From contig JBGAHS010000004.1 in assembly GCA_044226015.1 (NCBI GenBank), positions 736,001-800,000 on the forward strand: a stretch of DNA of 64,000 nucleotides. The letters run 5' to 3'. Of the stretch, positions 49,784 to 60,073 are shown one piece after another (within the stretch, counting starts at the first letter, position 1; each line of letters begins with the position of its first letter). A model generated the notes under the pieces. The model did not search any database. It saw only the letters and a list, made by a program, of their open reading frames with translations, and was not told the DNA's origin. The position numbers and the translations under genes were made by a program. The stretch is from Candidatus Obscuribacteraceae bacterium. Its GTDB lineage: Bacteria > Cyanobacteriota > Vampirovibrionia > Obscuribacterales > Obscuribacteraceae.

Positions 49784-50798
49784 ACGCGGACAATCTTTAA
49801 TCTCGGGAATTCTGTCGATTCAAAGTTTGCTGGCTATTTTTGCCATGATCTTATTTGGAATGAGCATTTCACATCCTGATAAAGCGACGATAATTGCTTC
49901 AAGTGCTCCGGTGAAACCAGGCATTGACATAAATAGCTATGAGGTCATCAAAGAAGCGCGCAAAATGAAGGCATACCAACTCATGGAAAAGCACAACTTA
50001 ACAGGTGCTGTTACCGAGTTGAACAAAATGATGGAATCCAGTCCCAATGATGTTCCAAGCATTTATTGTTCTGCTGTGGTTTTACTAAAAACTGGCAGCA
50101 AAGACCGCGGCTTTACTCAGATGAAGCGTGCACTAGCAATGGCACCGCAAAACAAAGAGCTGCGCTTGGAGTATGCCCGTTTCCTGGTTGAGCAAGCAAT
50201 GACAGATGATGCTGTTATGCAGTATCACATGGTGATTAACCAGGCACCGAAAATGGGTGATGCTCGAATGGAGCTTGCGCAATTATTCCTGAGTTTAGAG
50301 AAAAATGATGACGCTGTGCATGAGTTGGAAGAGCTTGTGAAAGTTTATCCGAACAATGCATTAGCGCATAAAGTGCTCGGCGTAGCCCTCGCCAGAGCGG
50401 GTAAGCCACAAGAGGGGTTAGACGAGTACATTGCGGGCATCAATGCTGAAAGTATCGGTGGGCAGCCTGAAGCCGTTAAGTTCATTGTTTCATCCTGGGG
50501 AAATATCGATAAGGCTAAGTACAGTCTTGAACAAGAAGCTAACCGAAACCCAGATGATGCATTGCCAAAGCTGAGGCTTGCTGAAATCGCACTCTACAAT
50601 GGCGATCTCGCAACGGCAAAGACGTATTTGATCGATGCGCGCAAATTGCAGCCGAACAATCCGGAAGTGCACCGAAGCCTGGGCGTTACCTTCAAGCGTC
50701 TCGGAGACAACAGGCAGGCTTTGACTGCGTTTATGCAATCAATTGCGCTTGAGCAAGAACAAAACAAGAAATTGAAGTCCAAAGTTTTGATGAACTAG
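49770..50798 (+). CDS. Membrane-anchored TPR protein
   Basis: N-terminal TM; TPRs (PNNALAHKVLGVALA, PNNPEVHRSLG). Confidence 0.85.
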   Translation: MQRTERGQSLISGILSIQSLLAIFAMILFGMSISHPDKATIIASSAPVKPGIDINSYEVIKEARKMKAYQLMEKHNLTGAVTELNKMMESSPNDVPSIYCSAVVLLKTGSKDRGFTQMKRALAMAPQNKELRLEYARFLVEQAMTDDAVMQYHMVINQAPKMGDARMELAQLFLSLEKNDDAVHELEELVKVYPNNALAHKVLGVALARAGKPQEGLDEYIAGINAESIGGQPEAVKFIVSSWGNIDKAKYSLEQEANRNPDDALPKLRLAEIALYNGDLATAKTYLIDARKLQPNNPEVHRSLGVTFKRLGDNRQALTAFMQSIALEQEQNKKLKSKVLMN

Positions 50799-51014
50799 TT
50801 TTCGATTTCCAGTGAGTCGTTTCTGTGAGAATTGCGCTGTTTTGCGCTTTTGAGCCAATCTGCAGATGAAACTAAAGCTAGTTAGTGCACCGCATTTGGT
50901 GCAAACCACTAATTGCATTAGCTGTTGTTGGGGCGAACTTGGGCCGCCGTCGAATCGGACCTTAGCGCGGTGCTTCCATCCGCGCTGTCATGATAATTCC
51001 GTGTGTGTCAACTC

Positions 51015-51980
51015 TTAAGGAGTTCCTTCGGTCTTCTTATTCTTTTCGCTTTGCAAAATCTGCTCCCATGCAGCCTTTTCTTCGGGGCTCAATGCAGCGC
51101 TGGGCAAGCTGATTCTCAGCTTCACGAGATGGTCGCCGCGAACTGATTGTTTCAATTTAGGCAGACCACGCTCTCTCAGGCGCAACAATCTGCCGGGTTG
51201 GCTAAGCGGTGGCACGTTGATGGTGACGGAGCCATCGAGCGTGTTTACTGTAGCTTCGCCCCCAAGAACTGCCAGAGCAGCGCTTATCTGCAACTCGCTG
51301 ATTATGTTATCGCCTTCGATTGTCAGATAGGGATGCGGCTTCACGCGCACCTTTAGAAAGAGGTCTCCAGGTGCTGTACCCATGCCAGCCGTGGGCGCCT
51401 CGCCAGGCACTCGAACCTTGCTACCAGGACGTACCCCAGCGGGAATTTTGACCTGCAGGGTTTTCATTGCTTGACCTGGTCTAGTGATTTGAATATTTCT
51501 TGCTGTACCGCGAGCTAACTCTTCGATGGTAAGCTCAATGTCTGCTTCGTGGTCGGCATTTCGAGCCTGTCTTGCTTGCTGCTGTGCAGCTGCTCCGGGG
51601 TGCCCGGCACCTTGTCCGAAGGTCTGTCCGAACAAGACATCAAAGAAATCGGAAAATGGCGAGGATGCACCTCCAGGTGCGCCTTTTCCAAAACTACTGA
51701 AGTCGAAACTAAAGCCCCCAAAGCCAGGCGGCGGTGTGAAGTCAGAGCCAGCTTTCCAGTTGTTGCCCAACATGTCATAACGCTTGCGTTTGTCGGGGTC
51801 TTTCAACACCTCGTAAGCTTCTGTCAGCTCCTTGAACTTTTCTTCGGCTTGCTTGTTTCCAGGATTTGCGTCTGGATGCAATTCACGCGCCAACTTACGA
51901 TAAGCAGTTTTGATCTCCTTATCGGTGGCGGTTCTGGCGACTCCGAGGGTTTGATAATAGTCTTTGTACTTTACGGACAA
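51015..51980 (-). CDS. Class B J-domain protein (DnaJ/CbpA-like, no zinc finger)
   Basis: KDYY..LGV, HPD, EAYEVL.DP, G/F region, C-terminal DnaJ_C motifs; GAGGAG RBS before TTG 51980. Confidence 0.93.
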   Translation of the reverse strand: MSVKYKDYYQTLGVARTATDKEIKTAYRKLARELHPDANPGNKQAEEKFKELTEAYEVLKDPDKRKRYDMLGNNWKAGSDFTPPPGFGGFSFDFSSFGKGAPGGASSPFSDFFDVLFGQTFGQGAGHPGAAAQQQARQARNADHEADIELTIEELARGTARNIQITRPGQAMKTLQVKIPAGVRPGSKVRVPGEAPTAGMGTAPGDLFLKVRVKPHPYLTIEGDNIISELQISAALAVLGGEATVNTLDGSVTINVPPLSQPGRLLRLRERGLPKLKQSVRGDHLVKLRISLPSAALSPEEKAAWEQILQSEKNKKTEGTP

Positions 51981-52301
51981 ATTGAATGCTCCTCGAGCTA
52001 TTTTTGAGGGGACATTTTTCGCCTGTGTTTCAGGCTGGCTAAACATAATTCTAGTACGATCAATATGGTGCTGCTTGAATTTTTTGCATTCCAAGTGCTC
52101 AATCGATTCTTTTCTACAAGAGTTTAGATTAAGCCTTGGTTTTCTCAAAAGTTTTTAGCTTGGAAACCGAATGAAATACGCCAATCAGGGTAAATAGATC
52201 GCGGGGAGGTTCTTGACATCAATTCATCTTTGGGTCTGAAAAGGTGAGCTGTATATCTCGGAACCTTGGGGCGATTGCAAAAAGGAATTGGAAAATTCTG
52301 C

Positions 52302-53303
52302 ATGGCAACCAACTTAAATTGGACTGACCTCAGCCGAACCGGTTATGAGGCGCTGACCCAGGGAAATTTCGAGAAGGCAGAACTGCTTTTTCGGCGCGCA
52401 ATTGACCATTGCGGGTTCGAACAAGAAGACCTGCGCCTGGCATACAGTTTTTTGGTACTTGGACGCTGCCTGTCACAGAAAGGTGATTGGGTTGGCGCTG
52501 ATCCTATGTATCAGAAGGCGATGGTAATCTACGAGAAGGTTCATGGACCCGTCCATGAAGACGTGGGCTACTCTTTGTCAGGTCAGGCTAAGTGCAAACT
52601 TCAGACAGGCCATTATGAGGCTGCGTCGAATTTGTACAAACGTGCTGTGACCATTTACGAACAAGTGCGTGGTCCAGAACATGAGGACACAGGGAATGTG
52701 TTGGACAATCTCGGTCAGAGCTATATGGCTCAGCGAGAATATGAGAAAGCAATCGAGTGCTATGAACGTTCGGTGAAGATTTTCACCAAGGTTCGTGGAC
52801 CTTACGACGAGAAAGTTGCTGACGGTTTGTTCAGTTTGGGTCGCTGTCATGACGAACTGAATGAAGACAAATTGGCTGCTCCACTTTTTCATCGTGCGCT
52901 AGAGATTTATGAGCAGCAGGCAGAGCCCGATCGCGAGCAGTTAGCGAATTGCCAGTACAACCTGGCGCGTTGCTATCAAGGCTTGCGTGAGTTCCTGAAG
53001 GCTGAACCCCTTTATCATCGAGCGTTAGATTATTTCTTGAAGTCAAAGGACAAGAGCCTAGAGCGCAGTGCGGCATACTGCACTTTTGCCCTATCAACAT
53101 GCTACATGGTATCTGGTGATTATCGTGCGGAGGAGTATTTGAAGAGAGCTAAAATGCTCTATGAAAAGATCTTTGGACCTAATCATTTGCAAACCGCATA
53201 CCTTTTGGATGCGTATTCACGTCTGTTGAGCAACACGTGTCGCTCAGCTGAAGCCAAAAGACTCGAAGAGCGAGCTCGCGAAATTCGCGAAAAGTTCAAT
53301 TAG
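52302..53303 (+). CDS. TPR protein (kinesin-light-chain-type 42-aa repeats)
   Basis: Repeats of A..LY.RA..IYE...GP.H.D....L..LG. Confidence 0.88.
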   Translation: MATNLNWTDLSRTGYEALTQGNFEKAELLFRRAIDHCGFEQEDLRLAYSFLVLGRCLSQKGDWVGADPMYQKAMVIYEKVHGPVHEDVGYSLSGQAKCKLQTGHYEAASNLYKRAVTIYEQVRGPEHEDTGNVLDNLGQSYMAQREYEKAIECYERSVKIFTKVRGPYDEKVADGLFSLGRCHDELNEDKLAAPLFHRALEIYEQQAEPDREQLANCQYNLARCYQGLREFLKAEPLYHRALDYFLKSKDKSLERSAAYCTFALSTCYMVSGDYRAEEYLKRAKMLYEKIFGPNHLQTAYLLDAYSRLLSNTCRSAEAKRLEERAREIREKFN

Positions 53304-53447
53304 GAGTTTTTTCCGTAGTGACGGCAAGAGTCCCTTCCTCAACAGAAGGGGCTCTTTCTCTTTTTGTGCTGGGTTTGAAGCGCTAGCAAAGCCGAGAAGG
53401 TAGAAATCAAATCCTCCTCCGGGTGCGACGCTTTGGCACTGCGGTTT

Positions 53448-53723
53448 TTACTTAGCGGATGTTTCTTCCTTGCAAGCTTTGTCTCTGGCTTTCGCCATGG
53501 GGTTAAAGTTGTCATACGAAAGATAGATGCTAATTGACTCGTAGCCTGTGCCATCGTTTCCTTCTGAGGACATGGTTATCCCAAAAGGTGCGTTCCGTTT
53601 TGCCGACTCAAATACTTCCGACCAGTGACAGGAGCCAACTGATTGCATCAATCGTGATGCATCAAGCCCATTTTTTCTTACTAAGGCGTCGCCTAGCTCG
53701 TTACCTTTTTGCTTGTAATCCAT
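53448..53723 (-). CDS. Hypothetical protein
   Basis: GGGGAAAG RBS before ATG 53723; 91 aa; no motif recognised. Confidence 0.55.
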   Translation of the reverse strand: MDYKQKGNELGDALVRKNGLDASRLMQSVGSCHWSEVFESAKRNAPFGITMSSEGNDGTGYESISIYLSYDNFNPMAKARDKACKEETSAK

Positions 53724-53929
53724 ATTTCTTTCCCCAACCAACCAGTTACATATTAGGGTAATGCTGTCTACCCTTGGATGTGGATGACTCCACTTTTGGT
53801 CTGCACTTATGTGTGATGCTCTAAATCAAACTTTGGACACGATGCGTTTACTAGTGTGAGACTGCCTGCTATTCTGTTCAGCACTTTGATTAGCTCGCGA
53901 GTAGCTTTTCTCATAGGATAGGCTAAAAA

Positions 53930-55009
53930 ATGGATTCCATTCAAAAATTGCAAGATGCGCTTGAACTCAGCTTTGACCCCAACAGTCTTGCTCAAAAAGA
54001 CTCCAATATTTTCGGATTGCCTTTCACAGCACAAACTGCTCAGCAGGTGATAATTCCAGTGCCTTGGGAAGTGACAGTATCTTACAATGCAGGCACTGCG
54101 GAAGGTCCTGCGTCCATATTCGACGCTTCCAAGCAAGTTGACCTGTATGACCCCGATGTGAAAGATGCATGGAAGCTTGGGCTCGCTATGCTCGATATGC
54201 CAGAACGGCTAGTGGAATTGAACCGGGAGATGCGCTGCAAGGCCGAAGAGTACATTGATGCGCTTGAGGATGGAAAATCTGCCACTACAGATGGTGCGTG
54301 CGCTGGTCTGCTGCAAGAAATAAATGAAAGCTGCGAGCAGATGAATACCTGGGTTTTTGAACAAGCTGATGGCTTGCTCAAGCAAAGCAAGCTCGTTGGC
54401 TTGATTGGTGGCGACCACAGTACTCCGCTTGGATTAATGCGAGCGCTTGCGCTGAAGTACAAGGAGTTCGGCATTCTACACTTTGATGCGCATGCGGATC
54501 TCCGTGATGCTTATGAAGGGTTCAAATACTCGCACGCATCAATAATGTTCAACGCTCTCAGTATTGGTTCTCTAACTAGACTTATTCAGGTTGGTATCAG
54601 AGATTTTTGTGAGCAAGAAGCTGAGCTGGTCAAAGATTCACAGGGACGTATAGTCTCGTATTATGACCGCGACATAAAATCGCGAATGTATGGTGGCGAA
54701 AGTTGGAAGCAAATCAGTGACGAGATCGTGAGCCATTTGCCTCAGCATGTCTATGTAAGCTTTGACGTTGATGGGTTGGATCCGAAACTTTGTCCGAATA
54801 CCGGAACGCCTGTGCCGGGCGGCTTGGAATTCGAGCAAGCTGTTTATGTAGTGAAATGCCTGGTTGAAAGCGGAAAGTCTATTATCGGTTTTGATGTGAA
54901 TGAGGTCGCACCGGGTGAAGATGAGTGGGATGCCAATGTAGGTGCGCGCCTTGTTTATCGATTGGCGAACCTGGCAGCATTGAGCCGTGGACTAAAACCT
55001 ATAGTCTGA
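53930..55009 (+). CDS. speB: Agmatinase / ureohydrolase family protein
   Basis: GGDHS, HFDAHADLR, SHAS, SFDVDGLDP, TGTPVPGGL, GFDVNE. Confidence 0.88.
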   Translation: MDSIQKLQDALELSFDPNSLAQKDSNIFGLPFTAQTAQQVIIPVPWEVTVSYNAGTAEGPASIFDASKQVDLYDPDVKDAWKLGLAMLDMPERLVELNREMRCKAEEYIDALEDGKSATTDGACAGLLQEINESCEQMNTWVFEQADGLLKQSKLVGLIGGDHSTPLGLMRALALKYKEFGILHFDAHADLRDAYEGFKYSHASIMFNALSIGSLTRLIQVGIRDFCEQEAELVKDSQGRIVSYYDRDIKSRMYGGESWKQISDEIVSHLPQHVYVSFDVDGLDPKLCPNTGTPVPGGLEFEQAVYVVKCLVESGKSIIGFDVNEVAPGEDEWDANVGARLVYRLANLAALSRGLKPIV

Positions 55010-55133
55010 GCTACTCGTTGACCAGCATTGGAAGTAAAGACCGCAGAGTGAATATTAGTGGTTCTAAATGCAATGGTTTGCCTAATTTTGCCGAGCTAAG
55101 CGTAGCCCAAATACACTACATCGGATTGGTCTT

Positions 55134-55616
55134 ATGAGCACGCGAAAAAAGAAAGGGCAGTCTCTAGCAGAATTGGGTGCTGGCATGATGGTCTTCGTCC
55201 CAGTGATCCTTCTACTAATAGATTGCGCCGTCATCATGATCGGAGTTTCAACAAACGAAGCGCTCTGCCGAGACGCGGCTCGCGCTGCTTCGTCTGGACC
55301 ACCAGGTGCCATGTCCTCTGGAAATCACACAGTTGGCTCATCAGGATTGCCATATAAACGAGCACTAGCTGTTGTAAAAGATATCTACAATCTCGGTGGA
55401 ATGGTCAAAGTAAAAGAAACGCTTCTGGTTAATGAAGAGCTTCACGAGCCACTTCCGCAGGTTCCTCAAGGAGGACCAGTAATTGGTCAGGTTACAGTCG
55501 AAACAACGATTGATGTTTTCCCGCCATTCTTAATCAAGATCTTTGCGGAAAATGGAACTTATCAATTTAAGAACACGCAGTCGTATCCTTACACTTACGT
55601 GATGCCTAGCAGCTAA
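55134..55616 (+). CDS. TadE-like minor pilin
   Basis: KKKG|QSLAE + TM, then CRDAARAAS; resembles 22175-22675. Confidence 0.8.
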   Translation: MSTRKKKGQSLAELGAGMMVFVPVILLLIDCAVIMIGVSTNEALCRDAARAASSGPPGAMSSGNHTVGSSGLPYKRALAVVKDIYNLGGMVKVKETLLVNEELHEPLPQVPQGGPVIGQVTVETTIDVFPPFLIKIFAENGTYQFKNTQSYPYTYVMPSS

Positions 55617-55731
55617 CGATCATAGCTGAATCCACCAAATATTTTGCTTGATGGATCGCTCATGAACGACCCATCAAAATATGATTGTGCCTGAAAATTT
55701 GCGAAGGCACATGGGGCAATCAACCAATCAA

Positions 55732-55959
55732 CTAACTGAAGTAGACGCCGACGGCGCCTGTGACTCGACGCAATAGTCTAACTGAATCAACTTCAAGTTC
55801 TTCGCCATAATCAAGCTCTTGCTGTCCTCGAAGTTTCAATAAATCAATCAACGCTTTCCGCTCTTGCTCGGAAAGTTCGATTCTTTTGTTGTGATTGTCT
55901 GCTGCGACTCTCATCAGATCAGTTGTGCTCATACTTGAGTCATAGGTGGCCACTAGCAT
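55732..55959 (-). CDS. Small hypothetical protein
   Basis: GGAG RBS; 75 aa. Confidence 0.6.
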   Translation of the reverse strand: MLVATYDSSMSTTDLMRVAADNHNKRIELSEQERKALIDLLKLRGQQELDYGEELEVDSVRLLRRVTGAVGVYFS

Positions 55960-56213
55960 AATTTCTCCAAGTCCTTGCGAACATCAAACCCCATAATGGA
56001 ATCATTATGTATACGACTTTCTTGCTCTGCAAGATCAAATGACCGCCTGAGCCTGGGATTTCCACGAGCAAGATCGACCTGCGCGTGGTGAAAACCACAA
56101 TCATGCCCAGAAAAGACCGTAAACACTCAGTACCCCTTGGAAAGGTTGCGGGGCGCGTCCCCCCGGAGCACCACCCTCAATCCACGTCGTGCTGTCACTC
56201 AACACGTACACTT

Positions 56214-57038
56214 TTAGCAAGCAACGAACTCATCTTCCTCGTCAGAAGCGTTATTCTGTTGGCGAACTTGAATCTTTGTTTCTTCGATTAGTTTCTGGAA
56301 CAACTCCATGCAGGTGAATTCCACCATACTTGGTGTCAACGATTTTCCATCTTCCAGTTCCCAGAAAACATGGTTGCCGACTAGTCGGGTGTTCAATTTT
56401 GCGATTGTATGAAAGTGTTTTTCAGTTTGGCTGAGACCCAGTGCACGTTCCACTGGAATGAGATAGAACTGGATGCCTTTCTTGTCGCCGCGCAAGACGA
56501 GGCTGAAAGAAGGTGTTGAGAGGCGAGCACGGTAGTAAGTTACAGTTTCTTCTGCCTGTCGCAGTTTGTTGAATTTAACTACTTCTGTAACTGGTTGAGG
56601 GCTAGTTCCTGCAACGTGAAGAGGTCCGTATCCTAGAGCGCTATTAAGTTCGTAGCTGTATGCTTTCAAGATTTCAAAAACATGTTCAATCATCGCTGCC
56701 ATTGAAGCTTGACACAGTGTTTCTTCGCGATGCGCTTTTTCCATTTTGGTGCGCTGTTCTTTGATGAAGTTCATTGAGTCAGAAGCCATCTGATTCAAGA
56801 ATTCGCCGCGCTCTTCGCTTGCTTTGGTTTGTGGTTTGGCTTTGTAGAGAACAAGAATTTGTTCGTTGATCTCAGCAGTGCCATCAGGCGTTTCTTGCGT
56901 GTAGTCTGCTCTGTCGATTGTTTTTTTGAATGCGGCATTGTTGCCCCATTGTCTGTCGAAAAACGGCTCCTTGGTGATGTGCGCTTTCTTCGAATTTTTA
57001 GCAATAGCCTGAATGTTATGTAGTAATGCGTGCAACAT
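56214..57038 (-). CDS. Cytoplasmic hypothetical protein carrying the same unnamed domain as the kinase at 57823-59310
   Basis: ETVTYYRARLSTPSFSL..IQFYLIP...LSQTE aligns by eye with ETITYTRWRASTGSWAL..IELFLLP...LSQAE of the kinase. Confidence 0.75.
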   Translation of the reverse strand: MLHALLHNIQAIAKNSKKAHITKEPFFDRQWGNNAAFKKTIDRADYTQETPDGTAEINEQILVLYKAKPQTKASEERGEFLNQMASDSMNFIKEQRTKMEKAHREETLCQASMAAMIEHVFEILKAYSYELNSALGYGPLHVAGTSPQPVTEVVKFNKLRQAEETVTYYRARLSTPSFSLVLRGDKKGIQFYLIPVERALGLSQTEKHFHTIAKLNTRLVGNHVFWELEDGKSLTPSMVEFTCMELFQKLIEETKIQVRQQNNASDEEDEFVAC

Positions 57039-57324
57039 GATTCCAAACCCCAGAAAAGTAATGCCAATCCATTCCTGTCAGCAAGATCCTGCCTAATGGA
57101 TCTCGTTGAAGCCCTTAACTGACTAAGCAGTATTCAAATTCCCGAACTTTCTAGTAAATTCTGCCTTTTGGGCAGATGTCAATATCATAGCTTGACCATA
57201 AATCCGTGTAAATTAGCTAAAGCGCGTAAGCATTGTTGAGTTGTTTCGCTCTTCAGATTTGACTCAGTTTATTGATCCTTTCTGAAAAAAAGTTGAGTGG
57301 ATCGGTTTTAATTGCATCGGTTCC

Positions 57325-57368
57325 GGGTACTGCCCAGTACCCTCGCTATGAAGCGTATCAGATAGGTT
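57325..57368 (+). promoter_or_regulatory. Palindromic operator plus -10 element (GTA-N8-TAC-N22-TAN3T architecture)
   Basis: GGGTACTG-CC-CAGTACCC (57325-57342); TAGGTT begins exactly 22 nt after the TAC. Confidence 0.5.
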
Positions 57369-57423
57369 ATATTTGAGAAAGAGCAAATATGCCCAATTTC
57401 GATAAAAAATCAGGAGCATCTAA

Positions 57424-57624
57424 GTGAAAAAGTACAGTCCCTATATCTTTGGTGTGCTAGCTCTGGTGCTCATTGTGACCTCATTTATACTTCGAAATGG
57501 ATCACCAGACGTAGATCTTGTGATCACCAATCTTGCCAGCACGTTCATGCTTTTTGGTGGTGGCATATGTGTGATCGTGGCTGTGGTAGCTTTCTTCAAG
57601 CGTGACGATCCTGAGGAGTGGTGA
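57424..57624 (+). CDS. Small two-TM membrane protein
   Basis: AGGAG RBS before GTG; two hydrophobic helices; charged tail KRDDPEEW. Confidence 0.75.
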   Translation: MKKYSPYIFGVLALVLIVTSFILRNGSPDVDLVITNLASTFMLFGGGICVIVAVVAFFKRDDPEEW

Positions 57625-57822
57625 AACTTCGTGCCATCGCTGCCGGTGAAGCGTGCTGAGAGTATATGTACTAGCGTAGTGCGTGAGCTGCGCTAACCGT
57701 TACGCGGCGGAGCTGTGCACTCTCAGCTTATAGCTCAACCGGTACCGTTTCAGTTTCCGGGAAAATCTCCGTGCAAGTACTTGCGCAGAGAAACCTTAGA
57801 ACTCAAACGCTACCGTTTCGGC

Positions 57823-59310
57823 CTAACCGAATCTGGACAGGCTTATCTCCAGAGTTACCCTGGTGCCTTTGCCCGGGGCCGATTTTATTCCGAACTTGGT
57901 TGGGAAAAATGAACGAATCAGGTCCGCACGTTCTTTCAGGCTGCCCATTCCATATCCGCCTTTTCTATTGCTTTTATCGCTAGCTGCTTCCATATCAAAG
58001 CCCTTGCCGTTGTCGGCAACAGTGACCATAAAAACTTCACCTTCTCGTTCCATGGTGACTACCACGCGGCTGGGTTCCGCATATTTGGTGGCATTGTTTA
58101 CCGACTCTTGCACAATGCGGTAAATGTGTAGTAGCACCGCAGATGGCATCACTGGAATATCCATTTCGCTGATTAATTCGCAATCAATTCCTGTGCGCTG
58201 CGAAATTTGATCCAACATGTCCTCAATAACAGTGGAAAGCCCCCAGTCGCTGAGGTCTCTGGGAGAAAGGTCATAACAGATTTCCCGCAGCTTTCGGACT
58301 ATGCCTTCAAGCGAGTCCATCGTTTCGTGTACAGAAATTCTTGAACTAGAACTCAAATTTCGCTTAAGCGCCATCACATCCGAAATCACTGCATCATGGA
58401 GGTCTCGCGCTATGCGTTTTTGAATTTCTTCCTGTTGAATAACTACTTTTTGTGCAAGGTGCTCGCGCTCGATTACAAGCTGCTCGATCGATCGTTTCAA
58501 TCGTGGATCGTCCACTCCTGAGCCGTGCCCCATCTGGGTAGGTTGTTCTTGTTCTTGAGTTGCTGAAACAAGATCGCGAAACAACATTCTCATTTTTGAG
58601 CGCAAATCTTCAGCTGAAATAGGTAAGCCGTCACTGGTCCATACGCGCCTGCCACCAACTTTTAATAACTCAAGCCTTACCTTCAGTCGCAACGGAACTT
58701 CTGCTTGTGACAGAGCCATAAGATCTGACGAAGGCAAAAGAAAAAGTTCGATAACCGCGCGTCGTGATCGGCAGGAAAGAGCCCATGAACCGGTGGACGC
58801 GCGCCATCGAGTATAAGTTATTGTTTCTGTGATTTCTGAGCCAGGTCCCTTCATGACCTTTCTGCGCTCATTTACATCCGAGGGTGGTGTCATGCTTATG
58901 ACAACTTGTTTGCCAATATCGTTATATTCAGCAGCCAGGTGGGAGGTGAAATCGCATAGTCTGCTAGTCAGTAGTTGCACCGAGAGCATTGCTGGTTTCT
59001 TGTCAGATTCATCGAGTTGCCTCATGATCTGCCATTGATCAACTCCTCGCAGGCATGCGAGCCAGCCTCTATCCTTAAAAACCCGCGTATCAAGAGTTTC
59101 AGCAAGCTGCTCATAACCCTCTATTTCGCTTAAACCGCGAACATCAGCACTCGATGAATAGGGACCCGACCCTTGAGGAGTTGATTGCGGTGCAAGCGAC
59201 TGACTGCTTATCGGTGCCCTGGCATCTTTTCCTGAGCGATTGCCTGAGTGCCTTATTCTTACACCGAAGAACCAGAGTACCCTGTCAACAGCCTTGACTA
59301 CGGGGTTCAT
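57823..59310 (-). CDS. Soluble sensor histidine kinase, HisKA_3 (NarX/UhpB-type)
   Basis: RIARDLHD H-box, YRIVQESVNNA.KY, DNGKGF, GYGMGSLKER, SAPGKGT; no clear TM. Confidence 0.93.
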   Translation of the reverse strand: MNPVVKAVDRVLWFFGVRIRHSGNRSGKDARAPISSQSLAPQSTPQGSGPYSSSADVRGLSEIEGYEQLAETLDTRVFKDRGWLACLRGVDQWQIMRQLDESDKKPAMLSVQLLTSRLCDFTSHLAAEYNDIGKQVVISMTPPSDVNERRKVMKGPGSEITETITYTRWRASTGSWALSCRSRRAVIELFLLPSSDLMALSQAEVPLRLKVRLELLKVGGRRVWTSDGLPISAEDLRSKMRMLFRDLVSATQEQEQPTQMGHGSGVDDPRLKRSIEQLVIEREHLAQKVVIQQEEIQKRIARDLHDAVISDVMALKRNLSSSSRISVHETMDSLEGIVRKLREICYDLSPRDLSDWGLSTVIEDMLDQISQRTGIDCELISEMDIPVMPSAVLLHIYRIVQESVNNATKYAEPSRVVVTMEREGEVFMVTVADNGKGFDMEAASDKSNRKGGYGMGSLKERADLIRSFFPTKFGIKSAPGKGTRVTLEISLSRFG

Positions 59311-59930
59311 GTTGTGGAATCCAGGTTGCCATAGCCGTTTTGCACCGCCCAGGCAATAAGTTCCTCACGTGTTTTCAAACCCAGTTTCAGCAATAACAAT
59401 TCACACTGTTTTCGGACCGTAGCGGGCGAAGTCAAGCGCTCTTCTGCCATGTCCTGATATTTCATTCCTCTGGCAAGCATTCGTAGCACTTCTTGCTCAG
59501 ACTTCGTCAATTTTGTGTCATCGCCTGTAGCAAGCGAATCGGAAACTATTGGATGCTTGCCATTGGATATTTCGCGGATTACTTCGGCAACCCGTGAAAC
59601 GCTTTCTGATTTTAGCAAGTAGCCGTAGGCGCCGATAGCCAGAACCGCTTGAACGAAGGCAAGGCGGCTCTCACCAGAAAAAACAAGAACCCTTGATCCT
59701 GGCAGATCGCAGAACTCTTTCACCATGCTTTTTGGTCCAAGCGATCCGGGCAAATGCAAGTCAAGCACTATGATTTGCGGTTTCAGTTCTCTGGCGAGCC
59801 TGAGTCCTTCATCGGAATTTGGCGAAGCTGCCACCACCTTGATGTCTGCTTCTTGGGAAAGCCCAAACCTCAAGCCGTCAAGAGTCACCTGGTGGTCTTC
59901 GAGTATTAAAACTGTGATTGGTTCTGACAT
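59307..59930 (-). CDS. NarL/LuxR-family response regulator
   Basis: LEDH, VLDLHLP (phospho-Asp), GYLLK, LTKSEQEVL...ARG HTH; 4-nt overlap with the kinase gene. Confidence 0.95.
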   Translation of the reverse strand: MSEPITVLILEDHQVTLDGLRFGLSQEADIKVVAASPNSDEGLRLARELKPQIIVLDLHLPGSLGPKSMVKEFCDLPGSRVLVFSGESRLAFVQAVLAIGAYGYLLKSESVSRVAEVIREISNGKHPIVSDSLATGDDTKLTKSEQEVLRMLARGMKYQDMAEERLTSPATVRKQCELLLLKLGLKTREELIAWAVQNGYGNLDSTT

Positions 59931-60073
59931 GTGATTATTATAGGATGCGACTTAGAAAAGAGTAATCTTGGCAAGATAATGCATTTGCTTATCTCCGGGT
60001 CATATTCTCGCAGAAACCTTACGCTAAAATGCTTTTCGAGGCAGTTGCTTTCAGGAAACTTTCGAGGTTATTC

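Noticed and set aside
50799..51014. Hairpin-rich 216-nt gap between convergent TPR and DnaJ genes as an ncRNA (6S/SRP)
   Set aside because: No SRP or 6S hallmark recognised; the hairpins can be explained as 3'-end structures of the convergent mRNAs.
55960..56213. GC-rich intergenic stretch and the 68-aa ORF 56085-56291
   Set aside because: No riboswitch consensus recognised; the ORF overlaps the opposite-strand gene and lacks an RBS or motif.
57655..57727. Hammerhead ribozyme
   Set aside because: CTGAGAG does not fit CUGANGA, is base-paired in the model, and no GAAA core is present.
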